Source: Christensenella sp. UBA7862 (GTDB lineage: Bacteria > Bacillota > Clostridia > Christensenellales > UBA1242). Taken from it: 64,000 nucleotides of DNA. This document shows, one piece after another, positions 62,843 through 64,000 of the stretch. A model generated the notes under the pieces. That model made no database searches, was not told the origin of the DNA, and was given only the letters and a program-made list of their open reading frames with translations. Made by a program: the position numbers and the translations under genes. The stretch's first letter is position 1. Each line of letters begins with the position of its first letter. The stretch is from positions 25,796 to 89,795 of the forward strand of contig DLSM01000004.1 of assembly GCA_002500135.1 (NCBI GenBank), read 5' to 3'.

Positions 62843-64000
62843 GTGAAAACAGCAGTAATATATGCAAGATATTCCAGCACTAACCAAACTGAGCAAAGTA
62901 TTGAAGGTCAAGTTCATGTTTGCGAAGATTATGCTAAAAAGCACGATATAATTATTGTAGATTCTTACATAGACCGAGCAATTTCTGGGACAACTGACAA
63001 CAGAGAATCCTTTCAAAAAATGTTAAAAGATAGCAACAATAAAAAGTGGGACTATGTGTTAGTTTACAAACTAGATAGATTTGCAAGAAATAAGTTTGAG
63101 TCTGCAATCCATAGAAAGCACTTGAAAGATAACGGAATAAAACTTTTATCCGCTATGGAAAATATTCCAGAAACACCTGAAGGAGTATTACTTGAATCTT
63201 TACTTGAAGGTATGAACCAATACTTCAGTGAAGAACTTGCTCAAAAAGTTAGTCGTGGGCTTCACGAATCTAGAATGAAAGGACATATAATCGGTTCAGT
63301 TCCTTATGGTTACATTAAAGAAAATAAAATGCTAAAAGTGAACGAGGAAGAAAAACAAATCTTAACTAGAATGTTTGAAGATTATGCAAGTGGTAAAACA
63401 ATTTTGCAAATCTCAAGAGATTTTGAAAAAGAGAATATTACTAATAAAGGTAAGCAGTTTATTCCAGAAACAATAAGATATTATCTAAAAAATGAATATT
63501 ACACAGGTGTTTGCAGAATTAACAACAAAGTTTACGATAAAATATACCCACAAATAATCTCAAATGAACTATTTGAAAAAGTAAAAACAAAGTTAGATGC
63601 AAATAAATATGGTTGTAGAAAAGATAACCACGAGATTTTTAGATTAAAAGACAAGATATATTGTGGTAATTGCAATCGCAAAATGTATCCAGTGTCTGCA
63701 ATATCTTCAAATGGCAACACCATTCGCTATTACAAATGTATAACTACTAAAAAGAAAAATTGTTTAACTGGAATAATAGACAAAAAGTTTATTGAAAACA
63801 TAATAGATAAATTCTTAATATCTCAATTTAACATTCCTAAAAACTTAAATGAAATTTCAGAAAAAATATTTGAAATACATAAAAAAAGAGTTGGAACAAA
63901 CAATGCTCTCAACTCTCTAAAAAGTAATTTACAAAAAACTAATACTTCAATTTCAAATATTATGTCTGCTATTGAAAAAGGAATACTTACAGATACCACA
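62843..64000 (+). CDS. Large serine recombinase (resolvase/invertase catalytic domain plus recombinase and zinc-ribbon domains), C-terminus beyond the window end
   Basis: Absent from the track because the frame is open at the window end. GTG start at 62843 with AAGGAG 10 nt upstream. My own translation reads VKTAVIYARYSSTNQTEQSIEGQ...ISGTTDNRESFQKML...LVYKLDRFARN (catalytic Ser/Arg motifs), then GSVPYGY..., then YCGNCNRKMY...YYKC (zinc ribbon). Confidence 0.9.
   Translation, partial: MKTAVIYARYSSTNQTEQSIEGQVHVCEDYAKKHDIIIVDSYIDRAISGTTDNRESFQKMLKDSNNKKWDYVLVYKLDRFARNKFESAIHRKHLKDNGIKLLSAMENIPETPEGVLLESLLEGMNQYFSEELAQKVSRGLHESRMKGHIIGSVPYGYIKENKMLKVNEEEKQILTRMFEDYASGKTILQISRDFEKENITNKGKQFIPETIRYYLKNEYYTGVCRINNKVYDKIYPQIISNELFEKVKTKLDANKYGCRKDNHEIFRLKDKIYCGNCNRKMYPVSAISSNGNTIRYYKCITTKKKNCLTGIIDKKFIENIIDKFLISQFNIPKNLNEISEKIFEIHKKRVGTNNALNSLKSNLQKTNTSISNIMSAIEKGILTDTT

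Larger units (their letters stand above)
59700..64000. mobile_element. Integrative mobile-element module (sigma-like regulator, HUH Rep, large serine recombinase); right end not in the window and left end undefined
   Basis: Gene content, AT-rich composition, shared promoter-like motifs and dense inverted repeats all point this way. No capsid, conjugation or Mob genes are visible in the part shown. Confidence 0.5.

Noticed and set aside
1-64000. Scan for tRNA, rRNA and CRISPR arrays.
   Set aside because: I saw no cloverleaf-like GC-rich 70-90-nt blocks, no rRNA-like conserved stretches and no regularly spaced direct repeats. Intergenic regions are short and AT-rich, apart from those described.

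Overview
Chromosomal segment of a low-GC Firmicutes type. It looks Clostridia-like: there is a spoVT plus YabM-like flippase pair and a KOW-domain gene between map and infA. Almost all genes are on the minus strand. No tRNA, rRNA or CRISPR array was seen.

Core region (1 to ~47.9 kb):
- rnr, partial and not in the ORF track
- secG
- a tightly packed pgk-gpmI-tpiA cluster
- dus
- a MOP-family flippase with spoVT
- a ~1385-aa surface protein
- a complete S10-spc-alpha ribosomal cluster from rpsJ to rplQ, including rpmJ, which is missing from the ORF track
- a DUF1858 protein
- an SPFH/zinc-ribbon protein
- addAB
- a YugP-type zinc peptidase

Several housekeeping proteins (Pgk, L24, S5, L30, L17) carry unusual lysine-rich extensions or insertions.

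Accessory region (~47.9 kb to the window end): spot counts of single 60-nt lines give about 27% GC at 48001 versus about 38% at 4201. It contains a co-directional four-gene block, listed here in transcription order:
- a tandem-fused Dam-like m6A methyltransferase
- an AlwI/BstNBI-family Type IIS endonuclease
- a 912-aa protein with no motif I recognise
- a 1601-aa DEAH helicase fused to a DUF1998-type zinc domain, overlapping the 912-aa gene by 8 nt

A mobile-element module follows: a sigma-70-like regulator, an HUH rolling-circle Rep with a phiX174-like YxxKY motif, and a large serine recombinase that is partial at the window end.

The 912-aa plus helicase pair is the best candidate for a phage-defence system. 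It most resembles Druantia type III (DruH/DruE), but it could be an undescribed relative. All family assignments come from reading motifs by eye; no searches were run.
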